DNA of 61,352 nucleotides, filler included, from 4 parts of 4 records of this genome joined end to end with filler, not necessarily neighbours in it; one strand, 5' to 3'; counted from the first letter of the whole stretch, positions 10,674-20,232 are shown. Notes: generated from the sequence alone by a model not told the origin. A program made the numbers and translations.

Positions 10674-11356
10674 TGAATAAATATAAATTTAATAAATCCT
10701 GTTTGTGTAGAATAACAGTTTTATTGGTGTTTGTTTCAGTCTGCGTAGTGGCGGGGTGCGTAAAGTTTGAGCGCCCCAGTCTTGACCGCAAATACTACAC
10801 TCTTGATGTGGTCCGGCCAGAAAAGCAGAAAAATAAAGTCCAAGCAGTGAAGAATCTGATTGTTCGCCGGGTCAAGATTTCACCCCGTTATGAGGATCGT
10901 GACCTAGTCTATAAGGTGGGCGATAACGCTTTCGAAGGCGACTACTACAATTCTTTTTTTGTGCCGCCCGCAGCACTTATAACTCAGGAATTACGGGTCT
11001 GGATTGGGGATTCAGGGATTTTTGCCAATGTGTTGGGACCGGAAAGTCTTGGCACCGGAGAATTGCTTCTGGAGGGTGTGGTTAATTCAATTTACGGAGA
11101 TTATTCCGGGGCGGAACCAAAAGCGGTTGTCAGGATGCAGTTTATTCTGCTTAATAACAGCGATCCTGATTTGCCTATTGTTTATTCTCGCAATTTCAGC
11201 CGCGAGATAGTGATAGGAGCTACCGGGCCTGCTGCTCTGGTAAAAGCCATGAACGCAGGACTTAAGGATGTTTTTATTGAGTTGGAAAAAGACTTGGCTG
11301 AAACAGTTCGTGCAAACCATTTTGACAGTACAGAGGGTTATTCGCAGGAAAAATAA
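10673..11356 (+). CDS. ABC transport auxiliary lipoprotein (PqiC-like)
   Basis: Lipobox VAGC, YYTL motif; last gene of the mlaEFD operon. Confidence 0.8.
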   Translation: MNKYKFNKSCLCRITVLLVFVSVCVVAGCVKFERPSLDRKYYTLDVVRPEKQKNKVQAVKNLIVRRVKISPRYEDRDLVYKVGDNAFEGDYYNSFFVPPAALITQELRVWIGDSGIFANVLGPESLGTGELLLEGVVNSIYGDYSGAEPKAVVRMQFILLNNSDPDLPIVYSRNFSREIVIGATGPAALVKAMNAGLKDVFIELEKDLAETVRANHFDSTEGYSQEK

Positions 11357-12489
11357 ACTCTGTTTTTCCCTTTTATCTTGCAGCGGTACATGTTGTCATC
11401 TGCACGTTTGATTACTTTTTCCAGTGACTCGTCATTAGAGAATTCAGCAACACCGATGCTGATTGTTTTATGGATGGGAGAGCCTTCTTTGGGTTTGTAT
11501 TCATATTCTGCCAGGGCAATGCGAATGTTTTCTGCCACTTTGATGGCTTCCAGACCATTTGTCTCGGGCAGGATGACCATGAATTCTTCACCGCCATAAC
11601 GGAAGGCTTTGTCTTTGCCACGGATATTGTCTCTGATAATTTTACCGATGGCTGCGAGGATATCATCTCCTGCAGCATGACCGTAAGTGTCGTTAAACAT
11701 TTTAAAGTCGTCGACATCCATGAGCATTATGCTTAACGGGCGTCCGGTGTGTCGGCTTTTGAAGATCTCTTTTTCTGCAACATCAAGCATGTGGCGACGG
11801 TTGAAAAGTCCGGTCAGCTGGTCGGTGATACTCAGGTTTTTGAATCGCTCTTCACTTTCTTTAAGCTTTTGTTCCGCTTTTTTTCTTTCAGCAATTTCCA
11901 ATTCCAAGGCATAATTTTTTTCATCAAGTTCATGGAGCAGGGTAGCTAATTGCGCAGCGTTATCTTCTTGAAGTTCTTTTACTTCCATTAGTTCTTCGAT
12001 TAATTCCTCACGACGTTGTTCGGCTTCTTTTTCAGAGGTCACATCCTGTATAATACAAATACAGTTTTCAGGGGTGTCACAAGTCGCTGCAATGTTAGCC
12101 ACTGACATGTCAATAAAATGGGGCGTGTCCTTTTTGTCAGTAATAGCCATGCTCAGGTTTGCTTGGCCCGCAGGGCCGCAAAAAAGATTGCGCAGATACT
12201 CTCTTCCCTCGCTATCCTCTTTTGATACGAGTATTTCATTTAAGAGCTTACCGATAATTTCTTCTTTGTCATAAGCTGTTATTGTAACGAAAGCAGAGTT
12301 GACGAAGAGAATTTCGCCTTCTTTGTTCAGAATTACAATGGCGGAGGCGGCATTGGAAAAAAGGTCGCGGAACCGGAACTGTCCACAGTCCGGACATTTG
12401 GAAAGCAGGGAATTTCTCAGGGTTTTATTTTTATCCCTAAGTTCCGCCAGTTCAGAATAGATCGATCTTGAACAGCTTAAATTTTTCAT
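11338..12489 (-). CDS. PAS-coiled coil-GGDEF diguanylate cyclase
   Basis: PAS (ILFVNSAF..Y..EEIIG), TDQLTGLFNRR, DVDDFK.FNDTYGH, RGKD I-site, RYGGEEF. Confidence 0.95.
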   Translation of the reverse strand: MKNLSCSRSIYSELAELRDKNKTLRNSLLSKCPDCGQFRFRDLFSNAASAIVILNKEGEILFVNSAFVTITAYDKEEIIGKLLNEILVSKEDSEGREYLRNLFCGPAGQANLSMAITDKKDTPHFIDMSVANIAATCDTPENCICIIQDVTSEKEAEQRREELIEELMEVKELQEDNAAQLATLLHELDEKNYALELEIAERKKAEQKLKESEERFKNLSITDQLTGLFNRRHMLDVAEKEIFKSRHTGRPLSIMLMDVDDFKMFNDTYGHAAGDDILAAIGKIIRDNIRGKDKAFRYGGEEFMVILPETNGLEAIKVAENIRIALAEYEYKPKEGSPIHKTISIGVAEFSNDESLEKVIKRADDNMYRCKIKGKNRVYFSCE

Positions 12490-12681
12490 ATCATAATACC
12501 CCTCAACTTTACTCCACCCTATTAGGGTGAGTACTTTACCTTGATTTGAAAACTAAGCAAGTGATTTTTTATTTAAGGCGCTTCTTTGTCTTAATTTGCT
12601 TGCACTTTGCCAGAATTTAGACAAATATTACCGCGCACTTCTTTTGAGAGTAACCAGAAAAAATAATTCAGGAAAAATATA

Positions 12682-13284
12682 ATGATTACAATGAAACTTC
12701 TTCTTTCACCCGTAATTTGTGCCTTGATCGGTTGGTTTACGAATTTTCTTGCGGTAAAGATGCTTTTTCATCCGCACAAGCCCATAAAGGTCGGGCCATT
12801 TACTATTCAAGGTATTTTTCCCAAGCGCCAAAAGGAACTTGCTCTGCGTCTCGGTGAGATGATCGAACGGGAGTTGATTTCTCATACTGATATTAAAAAC
12901 GTTATTCACGATCCGGCGTTTATCGATAAGCATAAAGATGTTGTGCTTGAGTATCTGGATGTTTTTTTTCGTGAAAAATTAACTTCCCTGCATCCCATGG
13001 TTGGCATGTTTCTTAACGATGAAACAATGAAGACAGTAAAGGGCATGCTTTCTCAGGAACTCGATTCCATGCTGCCTAAGCTTATCGAAACTACATCATC
13101 TCAGCTTGAGTGTTCTCTTGATTTCAAATGCATTGTTCAGGATAAAGTTGAATGCTTTTCCATGGAGCAGCTTGAGTCGATCCTTTTTTCCATCATGAAG
13201 AAAGAATTTAAATTTATTGAAGTTATTGGTGGTATTCTCGGTTTCATTATTGGTTTGATTCAGGTGGTAATTTTCCTGTTATAA
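12682..13284 (+). CDS. DUF445 family membrane protein
   Basis: IGWFTNFLAVKMLFHP, QGIFPKRQ, ELxFIExxGGILGFIIG-like C-terminus. Confidence 0.88.
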   Translation: MITMKLLLSPVICALIGWFTNFLAVKMLFHPHKPIKVGPFTIQGIFPKRQKELALRLGEMIERELISHTDIKNVIHDPAFIDKHKDVVLEYLDVFFREKLTSLHPMVGMFLNDETMKTVKGMLSQELDSMLPKLIETTSSQLECSLDFKCIVQDKVECFSMEQLESILFSIMKKEFKFIEVIGGILGFIIGLIQVVIFLL

Positions 13285-13308
13285 AATTAATTAATCTAAA
13301 GAATTGTT

Positions 13309-13358
13309 AATCCCGTCTGCAGGTCTTATATTATTACTGTAGACGGGATTTGTTTTTT
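13309..13358 (+). terminator. Intrinsic terminator after the DUF445 gene
   Basis: AATCCCGTCTGCAG...CTGTAGACGGGATT followed by TGTTTTTT. Confidence 0.75.
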
Positions 13359-13399
13359 AGAGGGGTCGTGAACACAAACTCCAGCGCGCGGAGGATGAT

Positions 13400-14353
13400 G
13401 TGAAGCGATTTATTGTTCTGTTGGCAATTCTTTCATTATTTGCAACAGGATGTACTACATTTTCAGGTCCTTATTATCTGAAGAATCAGAAATATAAGGA
13501 AGGAATCAAAGCTTTCAGCGAGAAGTTGCAGGAAAATCCGGGTGATGCCGATTCTGCATACTATGTGGGCCGTTATTACATGGCCATGAAAAAGCCGAAG
13601 GAGGCTTTGCCATATATCTCGCAAGCCGTTCGTCTTGATCCTGACAATATTGATTATCTCTTTTGGTCCGGTGTAAACTATTGGGCCTTGAAGAATTATA
13701 GCAAGGAAAGGGCTGCCTATCGCCGAGTCCTTGAACTTGATCCTGACCATATCTCAGCCAATCTCTACCTCGCCCACAGTTACCTTGAAGAAGGAAAGTT
13801 AGTCGAAGCTCTTGTTCTTTATGACAAGGTAATCACACTCGATAGTTATAATCCTGAAGCCTTATATAACCGGGCAGATATACTGGGAAGGCAGGGCAAG
13901 AAAGATGAAGCCGTTAAAGCGTGGAAGAAGTTCCTTGAGTATTACCCTGATGGAACTTTGGCTATGAACGGCACTGAAAAACTCAATTTGCTTGGTGATT
14001 TTAGCTATCGCAATTTCATTTTTGGAACCCGGAATGTAACTTTGCGTAGTCTCACATTTAAGTCCGGTCGAAGTGATTCAGATTTTGAGAGTAAAAATTC
14101 CTTGCATGTGATTGCTGCTATGATGGAAACGAACAAAAATCTTCGTTTTCACATTGTAGCTTATGTGGCTGGAAACGCAGGACTGGCAAAAGCCCGTGCG
14201 AAGGGAGTGCGGGATTATATATTGAGCGGGCATCCTGATTTTGATCCCGCAAGAATGCCTTTAAGCTGGTTCGGTTCAGCTGAAGAGGTCGAAAGAAATG
14301 GCAGGACTTTCAAGCTGGACGAATCCATACAGTTTATTACTGTAGTTAACTAG
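13400..14353 (+). CDS. TPR-repeat lipoprotein with a possible degenerate OmpA-like C-terminal domain
   Basis: Lipobox ATGC; about five TPR-like repeats; C-terminal F.SG.S...LAKARAKGVRDYI..SWFGS resembles OmpA-C. Confidence 0.75.
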   Translation: MKRFIVLLAILSLFATGCTTFSGPYYLKNQKYKEGIKAFSEKLQENPGDADSAYYVGRYYMAMKKPKEALPYISQAVRLDPDNIDYLFWSGVNYWALKNYSKERAAYRRVLELDPDHISANLYLAHSYLEEGKLVEALVLYDKVITLDSYNPEALYNRADILGRQGKKDEAVKAWKKFLEYYPDGTLAMNGTEKLNLLGDFSYRNFIFGTRNVTLRSLTFKSGRSDSDFESKNSLHVIAAMMETNKNLRFHIVAYVAGNAGLAKARAKGVRDYILSGHPDFDPARMPLSWFGSAEEVERNGRTFKLDESIQFITVVN

Positions 14354-14368
14354 GGGAGGGAGGAGTCT

Positions 14369-15529
14369 ATGAAAAACATGTTTAGAAAGATCTTATGGCT
14401 GGTTGCGATTCTGATCCTGAGTGTAATGTTTACGGCTCAACCATTACTCGCTCAGGATACCGAGACCGGAGAAACTGCCGGGGTGACTGAGACCGCCGAT
14501 CCTACCGATCCTGGTGAAACTACTGATCCTGGAACAACTGAAGAGGAAACCGAGGCTCCGGCGTTTGCCAATCCTGCTCAGGCGGCAAAGGCTGAGACTC
14601 TAGCTGCAGCTGATGCTGAAGCCAAGGCTGAGGAATTCGGCGAGGCTATTGCTGAGGCGGAAGCTGAAGTTGCCTCTGCTCAGGAAAATGTGGATACCGC
14701 AACAACCTCAGTCGAAACAGCCCAGACCTCAGTGGACGGTTACAATTCTGATCTTGAAACTGCTGAAGCGGATATAGCTGCAGCTAATGATGCAATTACC
14801 GCAGCCAATGATGCAATTGCCGCAGCTGCTGAAGCTGAAGACGCTGAAGCTCTGGCAGCAGCTGAGACTGATCTTGCTACCGCACAGGCTGATTTGGACG
14901 CAGCAGAAACTGCCAAGGCTGAAGTTGAGTCCGGTTTGACTGCCGCCGAAGCTGACCTTGATGCAGCTTCCGCCGAACTTGCTGCCGCGCAAAGTAGTCT
15001 CGAGACCGCTAAGGCTGCAGCTGATGAAACTCTCTCAGCAGCCGCAGCAGTTGATACTGATGCCATTGCTTCCATGCGCGAACAAGGTATGGGCTGGGGC
15101 GAAATTGCCCATGAACTCGGCGTGCATCCCGGTACTCTTGGGTTGGGTCACCAGAAGAAGGCTCAGGAGCGTACTAATGCAGCAGGAGTCTCATCGACCG
15201 CTAAGAATTACGGTCAAAGTAAGAAGGCCGCAGCTGCTACTTCGCGTAATACGAAGACCGGTGTGTCCTCGACTCCCGGTGTTTCGGGCGGCAAGGGTGA
15301 TAAGTCTGTCGGCCTGAGCCGTGCTTCCAGTAAGGCCCAGAGCGGTGCCAAGGGCTCTGAATCTGCATCAAATGGTAAGTCCTCCGGTGGACGAGGCAAT
15401 TCCGGCGGAGGAGTTAGTGGTGGAGCTGGAGCGAGCACTTCTAATGCCAATGCTGCTTCAAGTGGATCTCAGGGCAAGGGCTCCGGCAGGGGTAACAAGG
15501 GTGGAAATGGTAAGGGCAACAACAAGTAA
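14369..15529 (+). CDS. Secreted Ala-rich coiled-coil, low-complexity hypothetical protein
   Basis: Signal peptide, acidic T/E/P linker, Ala/Glu/Asp heptads, IASMREQGMGWGEIAHELGVHPG motif, basic G/S/K tail. Strong SD GGAGGAG. Confidence 0.85.
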   Translation: MKNMFRKILWLVAILILSVMFTAQPLLAQDTETGETAGVTETADPTDPGETTDPGTTEEETEAPAFANPAQAAKAETLAAADAEAKAEEFGEAIAEAEAEVASAQENVDTATTSVETAQTSVDGYNSDLETAEADIAAANDAITAANDAIAAAAEAEDAEALAAAETDLATAQADLDAAETAKAEVESGLTAAEADLDAASAELAAAQSSLETAKAAADETLSAAAAVDTDAIASMREQGMGWGEIAHELGVHPGTLGLGHQKKAQERTNAAGVSSTAKNYGQSKKAAAATSRNTKTGVSSTPGVSGGKGDKSVGLSRASSKAQSGAKGSESASNGKSSGGRGNSGGGVSGGAGASTSNANAASSGSQGKGSGRGNKGGNGKGNNK

Positions 15530-15746
15530 ATAAGATGTGATTTAAAATGTAGCTCCGGTAATTAAAAAGTTGCCGGAGCTATCGGCGGTAAAGGCGATGA
15601 TGCGCTCACGGCACGTGAATTGGCATCCATGAATGCGGCTCGTATAAAGGCAAGGGCCAAGTTGGCAAAAATGAAGGGCAGCAGGGCTGCAACCCTGAAT
15701 GAAAGATTGAAACAAGACCGAAGTAATAGACAATAATTTGAGATGT

Positions 15747-15787
15747 AAAAACACCCGTAACATCAAGATATATTGCGGGTGTTTTTT
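15747..15787. terminator. Bidirectional intrinsic terminator
   Basis: AAAAACACCCGTAA...TTGCGGGTGTTTTTT between convergent genes. Confidence 0.8.
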
Positions 15788-15804
15788 GCTGTGCAGATGC
15801 AGAT

Positions 15805-16497
15805 TTAGTTTTTTTCTTGAGCAAGGGCCTTGGTCAGTATTTCCAGTACGCGATCGCTGTATTTTGATTTTTTGATCGCCAGCACCAGTGGAGTACGGAA
15901 AAGTTGCTTTAGCACAACAATGTTCTCTATCCCATTTTTGGCAGCATAATATTTCATCACTGAAGGGTCAGTAATTGCAACCTCGCATCTTCCACGGGCA
16001 AGTTTTCGGACAAGAGAATTTTCGTCAGGTGCTTCGTCAACGTTATCTTTATAGCGCTCGGCTGCTTCGGCGATTTCTGCTGGGTATTGATAGGTTTTAA
16101 CAAGGCCGACAATATGTTTTGCGAATAATGAATCGAGATTATCGGGGATGCAAATTTGCCTGCGGGCCATTATGGCTATTTTCGACCAGTCAATAGCTGG
16201 GGATGCAATAAAGCCTTCATTGACTTCTTCCGGCCATGCCGGAAAGTAGCCAACGTATCCCGGCTGATCCGCCATAGCTTTAGCTCTGGCCCAAGGTAAG
16301 AATTCCACTTCCAGTTTAATTCCACTTGATTGCAAAGCCTTTCTCAATTTTACAATTGATTTTCCATGATCGGGTAATTCTTTTCCCGAATAAGGCTCCC
16401 AATCCAATGAGGTTATCTTCCATTTTTCAGCAGCAAAAGCGGGCAAGGCTATAGTGATAGCCAAGATGAGGGTAAGGAATGTTTTTATGAAAAACAT
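15805..16497 (-). CDS. Periplasmic substrate-binding protein (SBP_bac_3-like), orphan
   Basis: Signal peptide AFA, DWEPY, FLPWARA, KLARGRCE motifs. Confidence 0.85.
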   Translation of the reverse strand: MFFIKTFLTLILAITIALPAFAAEKWKITSLDWEPYSGKELPDHGKSIVKLRKALQSSGIKLEVEFLPWARAKAMADQPGYVGYFPAWPEEVNEGFIASPAIDWSKIAIMARRQICIPDNLDSLFAKHIVGLVKTYQYPAEIAEAAERYKDNVDEAPDENSLVRKLARGRCEVAITDPSVMKYYAAKNGIENIVVLKQLFRTPLVLAIKKSKYSDRVLEILTKALAQEKN

Positions 16498-16630
16498 GCT
16501 GCTGTTGCTCCCATATAAATTGTAATTCTTAATGGAGATTCAACTTCACTATAACATCAGAATCGGTAGGATAGAAGATTTATTGAAAATTTGAGAAGGA
16601 GAGTGGAGTGGATTCAGTCAAATCGCTTAC

Positions 16631-16675
16631 AAAAATAGCCCGCAATATCAAGAGATATCGCGGGCTATAGTTTTT
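16631..16675 (-). terminator. Terminator after rpe
   Basis: ATAGCCCGC...GCGGGCTAT stem with A/T tracts on both sides. Confidence 0.75.
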
Positions 16676-16720
16676 AAAAGTGATTAAAACTTATGTAGAG
16701 GTGAAGTCCCGTCGGAAGCT

Positions 16721-17389
16721 TTACCCTGCGCAGGTCTCTAGAAATAGTTTATGTCGCTCAGCGTAGGGCGGATATTTGAAGAATGCAGAACCGGAAACAA
16801 GCACGTCTGCTCCTGCTTCAACCAGTTCACGACAATTTTTCATAGTTACGCCGCCGTCGAGCTGTATGAGAGTGTCAGCACCCATTTCATCGATCATGGC
16901 CCGCAGGTCACGCACCTTCTGGGTACAGAATGGGATATATTTCTGTCCACCGAAACCGGGGTTAACGGACATGATCAAAACCATATGTAACTGCGGAAGC
17001 AGGTATTTGATGGATTCCAGCGGGGTGGCCGGGTTAAGTGCCACAGCAGGCTTTACGCCTTTTTCGGCAATGGCGGCAACAGCACGTTCCAGATGCACAG
17101 TAGATTCAGCGTGGATGCAGAGCAGGTCGGCTCCGGCATCGCAGAATTCATCGATGTAACGTTCGGGCTGCTCGATCATGAGATGACAGTCGAAGAACAG
17201 GTTACATTCCTTGCGCATGGATTTAATGACCGGAGGCCCGAAAGTAATGTTGGGCACGAACTTGCCGTCCATTACATCGAGGTGCGCCCACTTGAGTCCC
17301 GCTTCTTCCAGTGCTTTCAGTTCATCTGCAAGACGGCTGAAATCACAGGAAAGCAGGGATGGGGAAATTATTGTTTCCTTGGTTGCCAT
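16721..17389 (-). CDS. rpe: Ribulose-phosphate 3-epimerase
   Basis: SPSLLS, HLDVMDGKFVPNITFG, DCHLMI, MSVNPGFGGQ, DGG, VSGS. Confidence 0.97.
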   Translation of the reverse strand: MATKETIISPSLLSCDFSRLADELKALEEAGLKWAHLDVMDGKFVPNITFGPPVIKSMRKECNLFFDCHLMIEQPERYIDEFCDAGADLLCIHAESTVHLERAVAAIAEKGVKPAVALNPATPLESIKYLLPQLHMVLIMSVNPGFGGQKYIPFCTQKVRDLRAMIDEMGADTLIQLDGGVTMKNCRELVEAGADVLVSGSAFFKYPPYAERHKLFLETCAG

Positions 17390-17854
17390 TTATTTTTTCT
17401 CCTTATCTTCCTTCATGTCAAAATCAACCTTGATTTTGAACATCTTGGTCGCGGGCAGGTAAAGCACGCGGATTCCGGTTTTTTCAGTGATGGCGGCAAG
17501 GGTTGCCTTTACAGTTTCCTTGTCCGGCCCGATGAAGGTAAACCAGATATTGAAATTGTTTTCACGCAGATAGTTGTGGGTTACACCGCTGTGGCGGTTA
17601 ACCTCGGCTACGAATTCATCCATTTTTTCTTCAGGCACGCTGGCTGCACAAAGTGTGGAATGCCAGCCCAGTTCGCGGGAACCGAAGTTTGCGCCTACAC
17701 GGCGGATGACACCGTCTTCACGCATGGCGTTGACCCTTGAGAGGGCTTCGTCTTCGGATACACCCACCAGCTTTCCGATTTCCTCGTAAGGACGGGAAAC
17801 AATGGGAAAGTGGGACTGGATAATGCCGAGAATATCTTTATCTACTGCGTCCAT
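17390..17854 (-). CDS. ahbA: Siroheme decarboxylase subunit (NirD/AhbA, Lrp-like fold)
   Basis: IQSHFPIVSRPY, GVIRRVG, VTHNYLR..FNIWFT; adjacent to ahbD and hemB. Confidence 0.88.
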   Translation of the reverse strand: MDAVDKDILGIIQSHFPIVSRPYEEIGKLVGVSEDEALSRVNAMREDGVIRRVGANFGSRELGWHSTLCAASVPEEKMDEFVAEVNRHSGVTHNYLRENNFNIWFTFIGPDKETVKATLAAITEKTGIRVLYLPATKMFKIKVDFDMKEDKEKK

Positions 17855-17869
17855 ATTGTATTCCTATTA

Positions 17870-19054
17870 TTAGGCCTTTTTGGGCTTTTTCTTGGGCTCG
17901 TAAGAGCAGAGTGGCTCAGGGCCGAGGTAGCTGCCTTCCATGGTCTGGGCACGGGCACGGCAACCGCCGCAAACTTTTTCATATTCACAGTGACCGCACT
18001 TGCCGTCGTAAGTCTCGGGGTTGCGCAGGTTCAGGAACTGTGGAGATTTTGCCCAGATTTCCGGGAAAGGAATCTCACGCACGTTACCGCAGTCAAGATC
18101 TAGGTAGCCGCAAGGCTGGACCTGTCCGCGATGAGAAATGAAGCAGAAGCCCACACCGCCGAGGCAGCCGCGGCTGACCGCATCAAGACCGAAGTTCTCA
18201 AAGTTGACCGGAATGCCTTCTTCTTTGGCCCGCTGGCGCAGGATACGGTGGTAGTGCGGGGCACAGGTGGCCTTAAGCTGCATGTCGGTAGTCTTCTGGA
18301 AATCATAGAACCAGTTGAGGACCTCTTCATACTCGTCTGCGGAAATTACTTCAGCGCCAAGTTCAGAAGCGCGTCCGGTGGGAACCAGCAGGAAGATGTG
18401 CCATGCGGATGCTCCAAGGTCTTTTGCCAGATGGAAGATATCCTTGAACATGTGCAGGTTATTGCGAGTTACAGTGGTATTGATCTGGAACTCGATTCCG
18501 GCATCCTTCAGATACTGGATGCCCTGCATGGACATATCAAATGCACCTTTTTCGCCGCGAAATTCATCGTGATATTTAGCTTCCTTGGCATCAATGGAGA
18601 TGGAGCAACGCTGGATGCCCACTTCCTTGAGTTGAACGGAATTTTCTGCGGTGAGCAGGGTTCCATTGGGAGCCATTACGCAGCGCAGACCTTTGCCATT
18701 GGCGTAGGATACCAGCTCGAAAACATCGTGGCGCAGCAGCGGTTCACCGCCGGTGAAGATGATAATCGGGTCCCCGGTTTCGGGAAAGGTATCGATAAGC
18801 GCTTTTGCTTCCTCGGTGGAAAGTTCGCCCGGATACGGTTCGGGGTGAGCTTCGGCTCTGCAATGCTTGCAAGCAAGGTTGCAGGAACGGGTGATTTCCC
18901 ATGCAATGAGTCTGAGCGGCGGAGAGCCGTCAGCATTTTTCTGAGGGATGGGATGTACGCCCGGATGACCACCGGGATGGCCCGGTTTACCGCCCGGATG
19001 TCCGCCACCCGGATGTCCTACGGGGTGTCCGCCTGTCATTTTTTTATCGCTCAT
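17870..19054 (-). CDS. ahbD: Radical SAM Fe-coproporphyrin III decarboxylase (heme b synthase)
   Basis: WEITRSCNLACKHCRA, SPASM cysteines (GCLGG..QPCGY..KCGHCEY..CGGCRAR..PLC); hemB-ahbD-ahbA order. Confidence 0.9.
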   Translation of the reverse strand: MSDKKMTGGHPVGHPGGGHPGGKPGHPGGHPGVHPIPQKNADGSPPLRLIAWEITRSCNLACKHCRAEAHPEPYPGELSTEEAKALIDTFPETGDPIIIFTGGEPLLRHDVFELVSYANGKGLRCVMAPNGTLLTAENSVQLKEVGIQRCSISIDAKEAKYHDEFRGEKGAFDMSMQGIQYLKDAGIEFQINTTVTRNNLHMFKDIFHLAKDLGASAWHIFLLVPTGRASELGAEVISADEYEEVLNWFYDFQKTTDMQLKATCAPHYHRILRQRAKEEGIPVNFENFGLDAVSRGCLGGVGFCFISHRGQVQPCGYLDLDCGNVREIPFPEIWAKSPQFLNLRNPETYDGKCGHCEYEKVCGGCRARAQTMEGSYLGPEPLCSYEPKKKPKKA

Positions 19055-19055
19055 A

Positions 19056-20039
19056 TTATTTCTCGCTCATGCGTTTGAGTACGTCTTCAGTAAAGTAGGT
19101 CAGGATCAGATCTGCGCCGGCGCGTTTGAGACCGATGAGGGATTCCCAGACCGCAGCTTCTTCATCCACCCAGCCGTTCAAGCCAGCAGCTTTGATCATG
19201 GAATATTCACCACTGACCTGATAAGCAGCCACGGGCAGGTCGAAGTTATCACGGGTCTGGCGGATGATATCCATGTAGGGTCCGGCAGGTTTAACCATGA
19301 GGATGTCCGCACCTTCAATAACGTCCGCAGCTGATTCACGCAGACCTTCGCGGGCATTAGCCGGGTCCATCTGGTAGGTTTTGCGGTCGCCGAACTGGGG
19401 GGCGCCTTCAGCAGCTTCACGGAAAGGACCGTAGTAGCAGGATGCGTATTTTACAGAATAGGACATTAGTGGCAGGTCTTCGTAGCCGTTTTCATCCAGA
19501 ATTTCACGGATGGCGGCTACGCGTCCGTCCATCATATCCGAAGGTGCAACCATGTCTGCTCCTGCTTTGGCGTGAGAAAGGGCTGTCTTGGCCAGCAGGT
19601 CGAGGGTTGCATCGTTGAGGACGATCTCATCTTTAACCAGACCGCAATGTCCGTGAGAAGTGAATTCGCACAGGCACACGTCGGTGCAGACCAGCAGTTC
19701 GGGCCAGCGTTTTTTCAGCAAACGTACAGCCTGCTGAACAATGCCGTTTTCTGCGTATGCCTGAGTGCCTGCGGGGTCTTTTTCAGCTGGAATGCCGAAG
19801 AGAAGCAGGCTCTTGAGGCCGTTTGCAACTGCTTCCTCAACCTTGATTTCCAGTTGTTTCAGGCTGAGCTGAAACTGACCGGGCATGGAGGAAACTTCCT
19901 TTTTGTAGTTATCATCGTCTGTTTCGTAAACGAAGTAGGGCATCATGAGATCATTGGCGGAAAGGGTGGTTTCCCTTACCATATCACGAATAACGGGAGA
20001 GCGTCTGAGTCTGCGTCCCCGATGGAAGTCGAATGTCAT
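19056..20039 (-). CDS. hemB: Porphobilinogen synthase
   Basis: DVCLCEFTSHGHCG, APSDMMDGRV, GDRKTYQMD, MVKPA, YQVSGEY. Confidence 0.97.
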   Translation of the reverse strand: MTFDFHRGRRLRRSPVIRDMVRETTLSANDLMMPYFVYETDDDNYKKEVSSMPGQFQLSLKQLEIKVEEAVANGLKSLLLFGIPAEKDPAGTQAYAENGIVQQAVRLLKKRWPELLVCTDVCLCEFTSHGHCGLVKDEIVLNDATLDLLAKTALSHAKAGADMVAPSDMMDGRVAAIREILDENGYEDLPLMSYSVKYASCYYGPFREAAEGAPQFGDRKTYQMDPANAREGLRESAADVIEGADILMVKPAGPYMDIIRQTRDNFDLPVAAYQVSGEYSMIKAAGLNGWVDEEAAVWESLIGLKRAGADLILTYFTEDVLKRMSEK

Positions 20040-20054
20040 GTTGGATCTTCCTTT

Positions 20055-20132
20055 TTGCCTTCGGCGGCCCTGCCGGGGACCTTAAACCCTTTTTACAAAA
20101 ATGGTTTAAGAATCCCAAAAACTTTTATTAGG
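20055..20132 (+). repeat. Dispersed hairpin repeat, runs into the assembly gap
   Basis: TTGCCTTCGGCGGCCCTGCCGGGGAC-CTTAAACC..GGTTTAAG-AATCCCAAAAACTTTTATTAGG, abutting the hemB RBS. Confidence 0.88.
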
Positions 20133-20232
20133 NNNNNNNNNNNNNNNNNNNNNNNNNNNNNNNNNNNNNNNNNNNNTTAATTAATTAANNNNNNNNNNNN
20201 NNNNNNNNNNNNNNNNNNNNNNNNNNNNNNNN
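20133..20232. other. Artificial contig linker
   Basis: 44 N + TTAATTAATTAA (stops in all six frames) + 44 N. Confidence 0.99.

Noticed and set aside
14600-15060. GCT/GCA-rich repetitive DNA as a tandem repeat element
   Set aside because: Explained by Ala-rich coiled-coil coding; no fixed DNA repeat unit.
17390-17854. Lrp-like ORF as a transcription regulator
   Set aside because: The HNYLR motif and position after ahbD identify it as a siroheme decarboxylase subunit.
20177-20188. TTAATTAATTAA palindrome, also at 46811 and 55250
   Set aside because: Centred in N runs of identical length; an artificial six-frame-stop linker, not biology.
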